Of a stretch of 64,000 nt of DNA, positions 28,259-37,130 are shown piece by piece. The notes under the pieces are model-generated. The model did no database searches. It was not told the DNA's origin and saw only the letters and a program-made list of their open reading frames with translations. Position numbers and translations under genes: made by a program. Each line of letters opens with the position of its first letter. The first letter of the stretch is position 1. Origin of the DNA: Candidatus Doudnabacteria bacterium (GTDB lineage: Bacteria > Patescibacteriota > Doudnabacteria > UBA920); the NCBI GenBank assembly GCA_963837465.1, contig CAWINB010000001.1, positions 501,646 to 565,645 of the forward strand, given 5' to 3'.

Positions 28259-29644
28259 ATGCAAGAACTAACGACAAGCCCGGCGGTGGGTTTGGCTAAC
28301 CAAATTGCAGCGCCACCCCCAGGAGTTAAATACTGCCTTTATGCAAGGAAGTCCAGCGAGGACGACGAACGGCAAGCTTTAAGTATAGACAGTCAGATTA
28401 AAGAGATGCTGGCGGCCGCAGAGCGGGATGGATTGAACATAGCGGAAGTCAGGAAAGAAAGTCATTCGGCCAAAGCCTCAGGTTGCAGGCCGGTATACAA
28501 TCAACTAATAAATGAAATCAGAGCAGGATTTTTTAACGGCATCCTAACCTGGGCACCAGACAGGCTAAGTAGAAACGCTGGGGACTTGGGAGCCATAGTA
28601 GACTTGATGGACCAAGGGTTGCTTAAGGAAATCCGGACACACGGCCAAAGATTTTCCAACTCGCCGAATGAAAAGTTTTTATTAATGATTTTGTGTAGCC
28701 AAGCCAAACTTGAGAACGACAACCGCGGCATCAACGTAAAACGCGGACAACGGAGTAAGCTGGAGATGGGTCACCGTCCATGCCTGGCACCTCTTGGGTA
28801 CCTCAACGAAAAACTAACGACCAGAGGTGAAAGTAAAATACTTATAAATGCCGAACGAGCCCCAATCATAACAGAAATGTTTAATAAGGTAGCTTTTAAA
28901 CACTACACAGGGCGGGACTTATTTGAATGGATAAATGAGGAAACAAATTTTATCACAAGGGCAGGCAAGAAAATAGCTTTAAGTGTAATTTATCGGGTGC
29001 TGCAAAATTCATTTTACTATGGCAAGTTTGAATGGCCGGTCGGATCTGGCAAGTGGTATGACGGAAAACATAAACCGTTGATAACCAAAGAGCTGTTCGA
29101 CAAAGTCAGGGAAAATTTAACGATAGCGCCAAAGTCCAGGCCGGGAACAAAAGAGTTTAATTTTACCAAGCTCATGCGCTGCGGATCTTGTGGATCGGGC
29201 ATAACAGCCGAGGAAAAATTTAAAAAGCTGAGTGATGAGACAGTCAATAGGTATGTTTACTATAAATGTACAAAGTTTGCCAACCATGAGTGTGACGAGC
29301 CGTCAATTCGAGAGGAGGAGCTGACGACCCAGCTACTGGACTTAATGGACAAGATCGACCTAGACGAGCTGGGAGCCAGGAAAAAAGTGCAGGAGGAAAT
29401 TGAGAAGTATAAGAGGTTCAGCCAAGGGGTTTTCGGAAAAATGTTGACTCAGGAATACCACGTGCCGCAGGTTGACGTGAAGAATTATGCAAAATTTGTA
29501 CTGCAAAATGGAACGAGGGATGAAAAGCGCGACTTGCTGGCTTGCCTAAAATCCAAGATATTTTTAAAGAAACAGAAAATTTATATCGACAAAAAGCGAG
29601 CTAAGGAAACCGGTAGCGGAGAGATGGGAATCGAACCGAGTTAA
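28259..29644 (+). CDS. Large serine recombinase A
   Basis: YARKSSE, SIDSQ, PDRLSRN, recombinase domain, CGSCG Zn ribbon; AGAAAGGAG SD. Confidence 0.93.
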   Translation: MQELTTSPAVGLANQIAAPPPGVKYCLYARKSSEDDERQALSIDSQIKEMLAAAERDGLNIAEVRKESHSAKASGCRPVYNQLINEIRAGFFNGILTWAPDRLSRNAGDLGAIVDLMDQGLLKEIRTHGQRFSNSPNEKFLLMILCSQAKLENDNRGINVKRGQRSKLEMGHRPCLAPLGYLNEKLTTRGESKILINAERAPIITEMFNKVAFKHYTGRDLFEWINEETNFITRAGKKIALSVIYRVLQNSFYYGKFEWPVGSGKWYDGKHKPLITKELFDKVRENLTIAPKSRPGTKEFNFTKLMRCGSCGSGITAEEKFKKLSDETVNRYVYYKCTKFANHECDEPSIREEELTTQLLDLMDKIDLDELGARKKVQEEIEKYKRFSQGVFGKMLTQEYHVPQVDVKNYAKFVLQNGTRDEKRDLLACLKSKIFLKKQKIYIDKKRAKETGSGEMGIEPS

Positions 29645-29673
29645 ACATTGGAAAAATAGCAGAAATAGGCAAA

Positions 29674-29707
29674 ACAAAATCACGGAACATTTGTTCCGTG
29701 ATTTTGT
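29674..29707. repeat. Perfect 16-bp inverted repeat downstream of recombinase A
   Basis: ACAAAATCACGGAACA-TT-TGTTCCGTGATTTTGT. Confidence 0.8.
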
Positions 29708-29857
29708 ATTTGTTCGGATCGAACAAGTTTTTCAGTACAAATGCCACAGGGCATCTGGGTCAGTTTGCACAGAAAAATTTGGCTCGCCTTTGTCGACCGC
29801 ATTAGAACCTACTATCTACAAAAGGAAATAGCAATAAGCGCTTAAAGGTAGCCGCTC

Positions 29858-30448
29858 TTATTTAGTTTTTTTTGTTTTTGCCGTAGTAATTTCTCCGTAC
29901 AGTTTAAGCAAAACTCTGCTTAAACGTTCTAAATCATTTTCCAGCTCCTTTTGATTTTCTTGCGTAACTTTATGTAATTCCCCTATGTCCAAAACAAAAC
30001 TAACCTTACTTTCCGGATAACGAAAGACATCGTTCAAGTCATCGCTTATGTCGCTATGCGATGTTAAAAATGAATCCCAAAATTTTAACTTGTAATATTT
30101 ATTACTTAATTCTAATAATTCCGGCAAGTAAGGGGAACTTTTTATACCTAAAGCGGAGAAGGCATTTTTTATTTCGTCTTGCAGTTGAGCATTATCGTGG
30201 ATTGCAGAAAATTCTTGAGTGATTCGGATATTTAGAGCTTTGAATAGCAATTCTATTGCGTGTTTTAAACACCAAATTATTGGTATTAACAATAATTTAT
30301 CAGTATAAATAGATCCTTCACGAAAGGCGTCTTTGGGTACATGGTGCGCATCATTTAATTCAAGAAGTCCAATACGGGATAGCTCCAAATATGCTTCGCA
30401 ATATTTAATCCAATTTACGAACCAAGCCTTACTTTTAATTTTTGTCAT
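29858..30448 (-). CDS. HEPN-like hypothetical protein
   Basis: PIIWCLKHAIELLFKAL..H..FRYP. Confidence 0.55.
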   Translation of the reverse strand: MTKIKSKAWFVNWIKYCEAYLELSRIGLLELNDAHHVPKDAFREGSIYTDKLLLIPIIWCLKHAIELLFKALNIRITQEFSAIHDNAQLQDEIKNAFSALGIKSSPYLPELLELSNKYYKLKFWDSFLTSHSDISDDLNDVFRYPESKVSFVLDIGELHKVTQENQKELENDLERLSRVLLKLYGEITTAKTKKTK

Positions 30449-30485
30449 AGTATTAAGTTAATGCCGAAGCTATTATTTAGTGGCT

Positions 30486-31112
30486 TTAATCCGTAAGTAA
30501 TTTTTCTATTGGAAATTCGGTCATTCCGGGATTTGGCCAGAATTCTCCAATAGTTACCGTTTTTTCAAACTTCAAAATAAATTTAATGCTGTCTAGGGGG
30601 TAAGAGGTAGTTATAATGGATCGTCTTATTTCGTCTGTATCTATTTCGCCGCCAAACTCCAAAACAAGAAGCAAGGAAACAGGGGTCTTAGCGTACTTGT
30701 TTGGTATGTTGTTTATAAACCTAATTAAATCTTGAGTACTTTTTTCATTAGGATTTTTTCCAAATCTTTTTAATTGAAAAGCGGGGCCTTTTGATTCATG
30801 ATCGGTAAGAGTGCCCTTAACAATCGCAATGTCTACGGGAGTCGCGCTCTCCAAGTAACTTCTGAAAACTGTTTCAATTTCGGCAGCCGAGAAGGTTGAT
30901 TTTTTCGGGACTAAATTCGTCTTATTTTTTTTGAGTTCAAAACCGATTAAGGTTGGTGATTTCCATAGATCCTCAAAAAATTTACTAAGGACAATAGCAA
31001 TCACCAGTTCGTAGTCTTTCGATCCTGGGCCGTGACCAAATTTCCTTAAAAAATCCCTTATGGTACTCCGTTCAACAAAAACATACTCATCTAAAATCAT
31101 AAAATTAGGCAA
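30486..31112 (-). CDS. Hypothetical protein, possible PD-(D/E)xK fold
   Basis: E..PVDIAI..FQLK. Confidence 0.45.
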   Translation of the reverse strand: MPNFMILDEYVFVERSTIRDFLRKFGHGPGSKDYELVIAIVLSKFFEDLWKSPTLIGFELKKNKTNLVPKKSTFSAAEIETVFRSYLESATPVDIAIVKGTLTDHESKGPAFQLKRFGKNPNEKSTQDLIRFINNIPNKYAKTPVSLLLVLEFGGEIDTDEIRRSIITTSYPLDSIKFILKFEKTVTIGEFWPNPGMTEFPIEKLLTD

Positions 31113-31129
31113 CTAGCATTAAAATATTT

Positions 31130-34100
31130 TTAATGAGTGAAGTTTTTTAGCCCCCAATATTTACTTGGATTTTTTTCAAACAGCACTTTAAGCATCTTTT
31201 TCGCACGCGAGTCAGTTTTGTTTTGTTTAAGTAATTCTATTACCGGTTCAGTTTCGTGAATATCGAATTCCTTCGGAAAAGAAGCAATCAGGCTAACCGC
31301 TTTTAGAAAATGTTCAAGGCCGAAAATCTTATAAATTTTTTCCAAAATTGCAAAATTATCCATTTCCGGCCACCAGTACATTCCACGATAGGTTTCGTCC
31401 TTAATATTCGTAGGATTTTTCAAAGTTTCTTCATAAAATTTAGATTCGGTGGTTAGGCACTGGATGTATAAATCATACCACTCTTTAGTGCCAAATTTAC
31501 TCCCAATAGCTTCATTTATGGCCATGTACAAAATACCAAATACACGATGTTCATATTTATCGTTTAGCATTTTGAAATACTTTAAGGATATGGCTATTTC
31601 TTTTTCTTTAATAACCCCGTTCGAACCATCGCGCACCGGCTTTTCAGATACTGCGGCAAACTTGAACAAGTTTTTTCTGTCTTTAACTTTGGCAAAAATT
31701 TGTTTTATTAAATCCTCAAAAGGCTTACTGTCCCACGGTTGAAGATCGTCATATAAGCCTGGGCGAGCCCATTTCCAATTTTTATAATCATCCTTTCGGT
31801 ATTCTGCATAATAGATAAACAGAGGGGCGGATTCATCCAGCGTTTCTTCTGGAAAACCAGCAAGTGTTCGTACCAAATACAACGCCCTCGCATGGCTTAG
31901 AGCCCTAATGCTGTCAAAGGGTTGTAAAATACTTCTGACCAAAGATTTTTGGACGTTATCCCTGACATTTTTAGGAGCATTTTTTACTTTGTCAAGCATA
32001 CCAAAGGCTAAACCCTCGACTTCTTTTGATAATTTAAGGGCATCCACCACATCGTCGCTGAAAAATAAAGTATCACGCTTGTCCGGCAAGACGGTCAAAC
32101 GATTTTTTGCCAGCTGTGATAGCGCAAAACAAGCCATGTGCAAGACGTAATAATTATCGTCCTCGCACAAGATTTTTGTAAGATCAATAGTTTGCCGCAA
32201 GTAACTTCTGCCGTCTAATACCGCACATTTCATTAGCTCCCAGCCGCACCAGCCGCGAACTGAAGTTATAGAGTGAGTCTCTTCGCCTTTTTTTACGATT
32301 CTATAGTGCTCATTGTACTTATTTTTTCGATCATCAGGATCTTGCCCGGGTAAATAGGGATCAGGGTCTTTTATAAAAACTTTAATGATCCTGAGAGCCT
32401 CGGCAATTTTCTTTTTTGTTGCGAGCCGGCCGGCAAATTGTACTAGGGCACTACGTGCGCCAGCGTTAGTAATTTTAATCTTTAGTTTGTTAACGTCATT
32501 GTCAAATTTGTTTAAAAATGGGTCTACAAAATCATTATAAATTTTCATTAACAAATCTGAATCGTCTGAATCGTCATTGCCCTGACTGTTAAAAATACTG
32601 TAGCACAAAACTACTTGCTGACTAAGACTTAGTTTAGGTTTCGAGCCTAGTTCATTGATTATTGCTAAAGCCCTTGGATAGCCTTCGGGTTTGGAAAAAA
32701 TTTTATTTAAAAGCTGTGCTGCGGTAAAGCCGCCTAATTTATCACTTTTATCCGCCCCAAAATAACTATTAAATAAAAAACATTTAAATAATTCGGTTGC
32801 AAAATCAAAATCGCTGTCTAAAAGCTGAGTGATAGAATCGATAGAATCATGTAAACTTAAAAAAAAGCGCTTAGTGTAATAATCGGAGCTACAAAACCAT
32901 TTTTTCATCTCTTGTTTTGCAGGTTCGTAACCCTTAGTGGATTTAGCTAATTGGGTCACTATCTGTTCCACAAAAGCGTTTACTGGTACGTTAAATTTTT
33001 TGATTGTTAACTCAACTAATCTCCACTTTTTTTCGATTGAAAGAGAGGCTTGATTGATTACAGCTTGGTAAATCAAATCACGTTTATGAGGTATACCTCT
33101 TTTGGACAAAATGAACTCTTTCAAAATTTCAAATGCTTCTTCTGAAACCTCACTGTTAGTGCTTGCATATCTATCTAAGACAATTGGATAGACGGCCCGA
33201 TTTAAAAAATCTGGTCGCTGCTTGCTAACTTTTCTTTCAGGGTTGATACACCTTTGCTTTATAAGTTGCCAATTTTTATTTGGATTTGAGTCGTAAAATT
33301 TTCTCAAGGCTGGACTCAAAATGTAGATAAAATGGCGGTCATAAGCATGGTAGCCGCCACTATATGAAATACCCCCGCCCATATGCTCCCACCCCTTAAA
33401 GGCAACTCTGCGATCAAATTTTCTGTAAAATTTATCGTACTGATCTACTATAATTTTTACTAACTTTTCAAAGCGGGTAAAAAAGTCTTTTTTAATAAAC
33501 CCCTCTTGGAGCCAGTCTCCCAAAATAGAATAAATTTCCGAAGGTGCATAAAAGGTAAATTCTCCGTCATCCTCGGTAATATTAAAAGACGTGATAATTA
33601 AATCAAATATTTTTTGCTTTAATTTATCGCCAGCAAGACTGTAAATCTCATGCAGTACCTTACAAACCTCGCCTTTTTCCCACTCCTTGCGATCGTGACC
33701 GTTATCTTTTAAATAGAAAAATGCTTTCTCATTAAAAGTTATAAGATTTTTAAGAACTAAAAATGCGTCCTCTAGATAGCGCTTACCTTGTTTACTCGCA
33801 ATAATTTTTTTTACAATTTTTGTTACATCAACTTCAAGAAAATCTGCTTGATAAAACCTTCTAAGGATTTTAGTTTTAGTATCCAAAAAATTCAAAACAA
33901 ATTTTATATTTTTTTCACTATTGAGATTTTGCTCAAAGATCCGGCTCAAGCTAAAAGAAAATCTATAAACCTTGTATAATTGCCAAATTTCACCCCAATC
34001 CTGAAGATTTCTAATCTTTTTTTGTGATAAGCGATCCAAAATAAATGAAGCTAAGGATGGCTTCGCTGAGATTGCCGCTAACTGGCCGCTGGCCCAAACC

Positions 34101-34804
34101 GGCGAAAGATTATTTTCAAGAGCATCAATTACATTTTTAAACTGGATTTCTGTTTTAACTCTAGCATCGTCAAAATACCCACTATATTCTTTTGCTTTCT
34201 GCCTAATATCAGCCACGTTTTTTAGCACCTCTTCACGGGTAAATTTTGCCCCTTTACTTGAGCCTTCATAAATCTTGCGAATAAGTATGCTGTCGCACTT
34301 AGCCTCAAGCTCATCTTCTGGCAACCAAAAATCTAACAGTTCGCTAAATAATGAATATACAGTCAATTGGTTTGCGGTTTGGTCAACCACCCAAAAACGA
34401 ACTTTTTCAAGGACGATTATCTCCTCTTCAGTAAATTTTTTCTTTTTAAATTTTGGCGCTATAAATTTACTCCAGTATTTTATATTTTCAACATCTTTAG
34501 ATAATTTTTCATCCAGCTTTGTGCAAATAATAAGTATTTCGTCCTTGTCATCTATAGTTTTTTTTAGGAGGATGTTGGAAAGGATCTCTTTTAAATTTGA
34601 ATAGCTTAAAGGTTTTGATCTGGCCTTGGATTCACAAATAATTTTTTTACCATCTTTAAAAACAAGATTAAAATCTTGAAAGCCGGGAGTCTCTAGTTCA
34701 ATATACAAAAAATTACCATTCCTTAAATACTGTAAAAATAAGGACATGGCTGCCCATGATTGAGCGTTGATCCCTTTATAGTTGCTTTGACCTGGTATTT
34801 TCAT
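31130..34804 (-). CDS. N-terminal PD-(D/E)xK nuclease + long helical region, putative defence protein
   Basis: G..Q..E..QDFNL..CESK N-terminus; 1224 aa, mostly helical. Confidence 0.6.
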   Translation of the reverse strand: MKIPGQSNYKGINAQSWAAMSLFLQYLRNGNFLYIELETPGFQDFNLVFKDGKKIICESKARSKPLSYSNLKEILSNILLKKTIDDKDEILIICTKLDEKLSKDVENIKYWSKFIAPKFKKKKFTEEEIIVLEKVRFWVVDQTANQLTVYSLFSELLDFWLPEDELEAKCDSILIRKIYEGSSKGAKFTREEVLKNVADIRQKAKEYSGYFDDARVKTEIQFKNVIDALENNLSPVWASGQLAAISAKPSLASFILDRLSQKKIRNLQDWGEIWQLYKVYRFSFSLSRIFEQNLNSEKNIKFVLNFLDTKTKILRRFYQADFLEVDVTKIVKKIIASKQGKRYLEDAFLVLKNLITFNEKAFFYLKDNGHDRKEWEKGEVCKVLHEIYSLAGDKLKQKIFDLIITSFNITEDDGEFTFYAPSEIYSILGDWLQEGFIKKDFFTRFEKLVKIIVDQYDKFYRKFDRRVAFKGWEHMGGGISYSGGYHAYDRHFIYILSPALRKFYDSNPNKNWQLIKQRCINPERKVSKQRPDFLNRAVYPIVLDRYASTNSEVSEEAFEILKEFILSKRGIPHKRDLIYQAVINQASLSIEKKWRLVELTIKKFNVPVNAFVEQIVTQLAKSTKGYEPAKQEMKKWFCSSDYYTKRFFLSLHDSIDSITQLLDSDFDFATELFKCFLFNSYFGADKSDKLGGFTAAQLLNKIFSKPEGYPRALAIINELGSKPKLSLSQQVVLCYSIFNSQGNDDSDDSDLLMKIYNDFVDPFLNKFDNDVNKLKIKITNAGARSALVQFAGRLATKKKIAEALRIIKVFIKDPDPYLPGQDPDDRKNKYNEHYRIVKKGEETHSITSVRGWCGWELMKCAVLDGRSYLRQTIDLTKILCEDDNYYVLHMACFALSQLAKNRLTVLPDKRDTLFFSDDVVDALKLSKEVEGLAFGMLDKVKNAPKNVRDNVQKSLVRSILQPFDSIRALSHARALYLVRTLAGFPEETLDESAPLFIYYAEYRKDDYKNWKWARPGLYDDLQPWDSKPFEDLIKQIFAKVKDRKNLFKFAAVSEKPVRDGSNGVIKEKEIAISLKYFKMLNDKYEHRVFGILYMAINEAIGSKFGTKEWYDLYIQCLTTESKFYEETLKNPTNIKDETYRGMYWWPEMDNFAILEKIYKIFGLEHFLKAVSLIASFPKEFDIHETEPVIELLKQNKTDSRAKKMLKVLFEKNPSKYWGLKNFTH

Positions 34805-35406
34805 ACTGATAAAACTTGACCTTCACGAATTTTACTTTTAACTGAAGCGACTGCGGGGCGCTCTTTTTCCAAATAGCCCATAATTTTTTCACAGTAATTG
34901 GCGAAGTTGCTGCTACCGAAATTGTAATTTACATTCAATAAACGATTGTACTTTATTAGCAGATCCTCGATTAGACTTATAAAACGGTCGATATCGTATA
35001 TCCTAAAATTTGGCAACTGTTTTTTTCTTAGTAATTCAGAAATATAATCACGGGCATCTTGGTTAATTTTTCCCGAACAAGCAAAATAGAATTCTTCAAT
35101 GTGTATTTGAGATTTATTATCCAATGGACTAGTAAATTCTCTCACCGCTGCTTCCTCAATTGCCTTGGTCATTTTACGTACGTCGTTTTTTCCACTTTTT
35201 TTTACATCACCAATTTTTATAAACAGGCAGCAATGCTTGTGCTCGCCAAACAAATCTCTATAAGCAAAGTATACATCTTTGCCTTTCTCAAATGGCCCTT
35301 GGAAATCTTCTGCGGCGAAAGCACCAAGGGCTTTTAGCAAAGGAATAAAGACTTTAATCCTTACTCCATTTTCTGACAACCGTTTCAATTGTGCTCTTAT
35401 AGTCAC
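34801..35406 (-). CDS. Restriction-endonuclease-like (Mrr-type fold) protein
   Basis: QGPFEKGKDVYF..FIKIGD..SGKI. Confidence 0.55.
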   Translation of the reverse strand: MTIRAQLKRLSENGVRIKVFIPLLKALGAFAAEDFQGPFEKGKDVYFAYRDLFGEHKHCCLFIKIGDVKKSGKNDVRKMTKAIEEAAVREFTSPLDNKSQIHIEEFYFACSGKINQDARDYISELLRKKQLPNFRIYDIDRFISLIEDLLIKYNRLLNVNYNFGSSNFANYCEKIMGYLEKERPAVASVKSKIREGQVLSV

Positions 35407-35414
35407 GTTTTAAA

Positions 35415-37118
35415 TTATATTATATTTAGCTGTAATCTTTTCTCTATTAGCCGCTTCCTTGCTTCTAGAAAACCATCAAAATTTGCGATGCTCCACTCGC
35501 CGCTGGGAATAAGGTGTTTTTGTAGCTCGGCCTTGTTGCTTCCGATTGATTGCGTCCATTCTTGAAAAGGGGTATTGGACTTTGTTTTGTTCTCAGTGCT
35601 GCCGATATACCGGATGTTATAGATCGAGTTAAACTTGTCTTCCGGGATCCCTGCCTTTTTTAACTCAGAGCGAGAAAAAATATGATCCTGTTCCGGTGCG
35701 TTGCCTTTCAGCCGGGGAGCAAAATTTATTGCGCCGCCGTAACAGATAGCCAAAACGAGATAGCTGTCCCGGGAATTGTAGGAAACGCGATCAAGATCCT
35801 CAGCAGTCACCTGGCCGAATTTTTTAGTTTCATTGCGGATTTTGTCTTTGATAGCTTCTGCCGGAAATTGATTACCAGGGTTCTGGTCTATTGCCTCTTT
35901 GCATTTATATAGCACTGTGTCCGACTGTCCGCCGAATACTCCGCTTAGCAGGGTGTTGATTAGCCAGACCCTGATTACCGTAATCTGAGCTTCCGAAATG
36001 CAGTTTTTCTCTTCGCCGATTCCTTTAATGTCATTCTTAAAAGCCCAATAGACGATAGGGATCAGGGCATTATGGCTTGGTATAGTTCGCTCGCTGGTAA
36101 GATAAAAACGGTCTAGCAGGTCAAAGACAAGCGAAATCGCGCCGCTAATTTTCACCCAATCTTTTTTTAACGTCTCGATTGTTTTTGGTTTGAAATTTTT
36201 TACCTTGTACAACAACTCTTCCGTGGTCGTTGCATATAGCAATAGGGTTGTTTTTAATATAAAATCGTTGGTAAATTTGTAACGATCTTTGTTGATCTTT
36301 GAAAGTAGCTCATCAAATTTTTCCCGCGCATCTCCCCACTTTGATTTAATAGTCGAGAACAACAGATCGGAGTACGTTAGCTCCGTTCCGCCCGAGTTCG
36401 TTCGCACAAAAATATCCAGTACCCGATCATAGTCCTGCACTGTTTCTGGATAATAATAGATTAGTTTTTCGGTTTTTAATTTATCGTATAGCTGGGCAAT
36501 GCCGTTTTTATGCTTGTCTGTTAGCTCAATCGAATACTCGTCTTTAATGCCCTGGGCCGTGTTGTTTATTTCCGAGAAAAATTTTTGGATGGAGTAAATG
36601 TCCTTTACCCTATACCAGAGTTTTCTAGGTCCGTCATCGTCAGCCTCCTCCAAAAAACTAGTACCTTTTTTCTTGTTAAAAAACTTAAACTCGTAGAGTA
36701 AATCGTCTTCACTTTCTTCCTCGCCGCTAAGGATATTGAAGTATAGTTCATATGGATTGGTATGAATAATATAGTTTCCTTTTAGTACCAAGAAAAAAGT
36801 CGTCAGCCGTTGTTGGCCATCAAGAACCAAAAGATACTCGCGCACCGGGTCGATGCTGGTGTCCTCCGTGTTAGTTTCTAGGCTTGTATCCACAAACCGA
36901 AGTTTTTTTATCTTTTCGTCCTGTAAATATTTCCCTTCAAGTCGCCAAAACAGGAATGTGCTAATTGGATAGTCGCGCATTATGGAATCAAAAAGCGCAT
37001 ATACCTGATCAGGCCGCCAGACGAAATTACGCTGAATATCAGGCAAAAAATATTTGCGATTTATGTCCTCGACAACCTCAGATATAGATTTTCTAGTATA
37101 GTCTTGAAGCATAAGCAA
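35415..37118 (-). CDS. GmrSD-type modification-dependent restriction enzyme (DUF262 + DUF1524/HNH)
   Basis: LPDIQRNFVW, LDGQQRLTT, F.RTNSGG, EQDHIFS..N..N. Confidence 0.85.
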   Translation of the reverse strand: MLMLQDYTRKSISEVVEDINRKYFLPDIQRNFVWRPDQVYALFDSIMRDYPISTFLFWRLEGKYLQDEKIKKLRFVDTSLETNTEDTSIDPVREYLLVLDGQQRLTTFFLVLKGNYIIHTNPYELYFNILSGEEESEDDLLYEFKFFNKKKGTSFLEEADDDGPRKLWYRVKDIYSIQKFFSEINNTAQGIKDEYSIELTDKHKNGIAQLYDKLKTEKLIYYYPETVQDYDRVLDIFVRTNSGGTELTYSDLLFSTIKSKWGDAREKFDELLSKINKDRYKFTNDFILKTTLLLYATTTEELLYKVKNFKPKTIETLKKDWVKISGAISLVFDLLDRFYLTSERTIPSHNALIPIVYWAFKNDIKGIGEEKNCISEAQITVIRVWLINTLLSGVFGGQSDTVLYKCKEAIDQNPGNQFPAEAIKDKIRNETKKFGQVTAEDLDRVSYNSRDSYLVLAICYGGAINFAPRLKGNAPEQDHIFSRSELKKAGIPEDKFNSIYNIRYIGSTENKTKSNTPFQEWTQSIGSNKAELQKHLIPSGEWSIANFDGFLEARKRLIEKRLQLNII

Positions 37119-37130
37119 TAAGTAAGTTAA

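Noticed and set aside
29612-29637. Intact tRNA gene
   Set aside because: Only a T-loop/acceptor-like fragment; no D arm or anticodon arm
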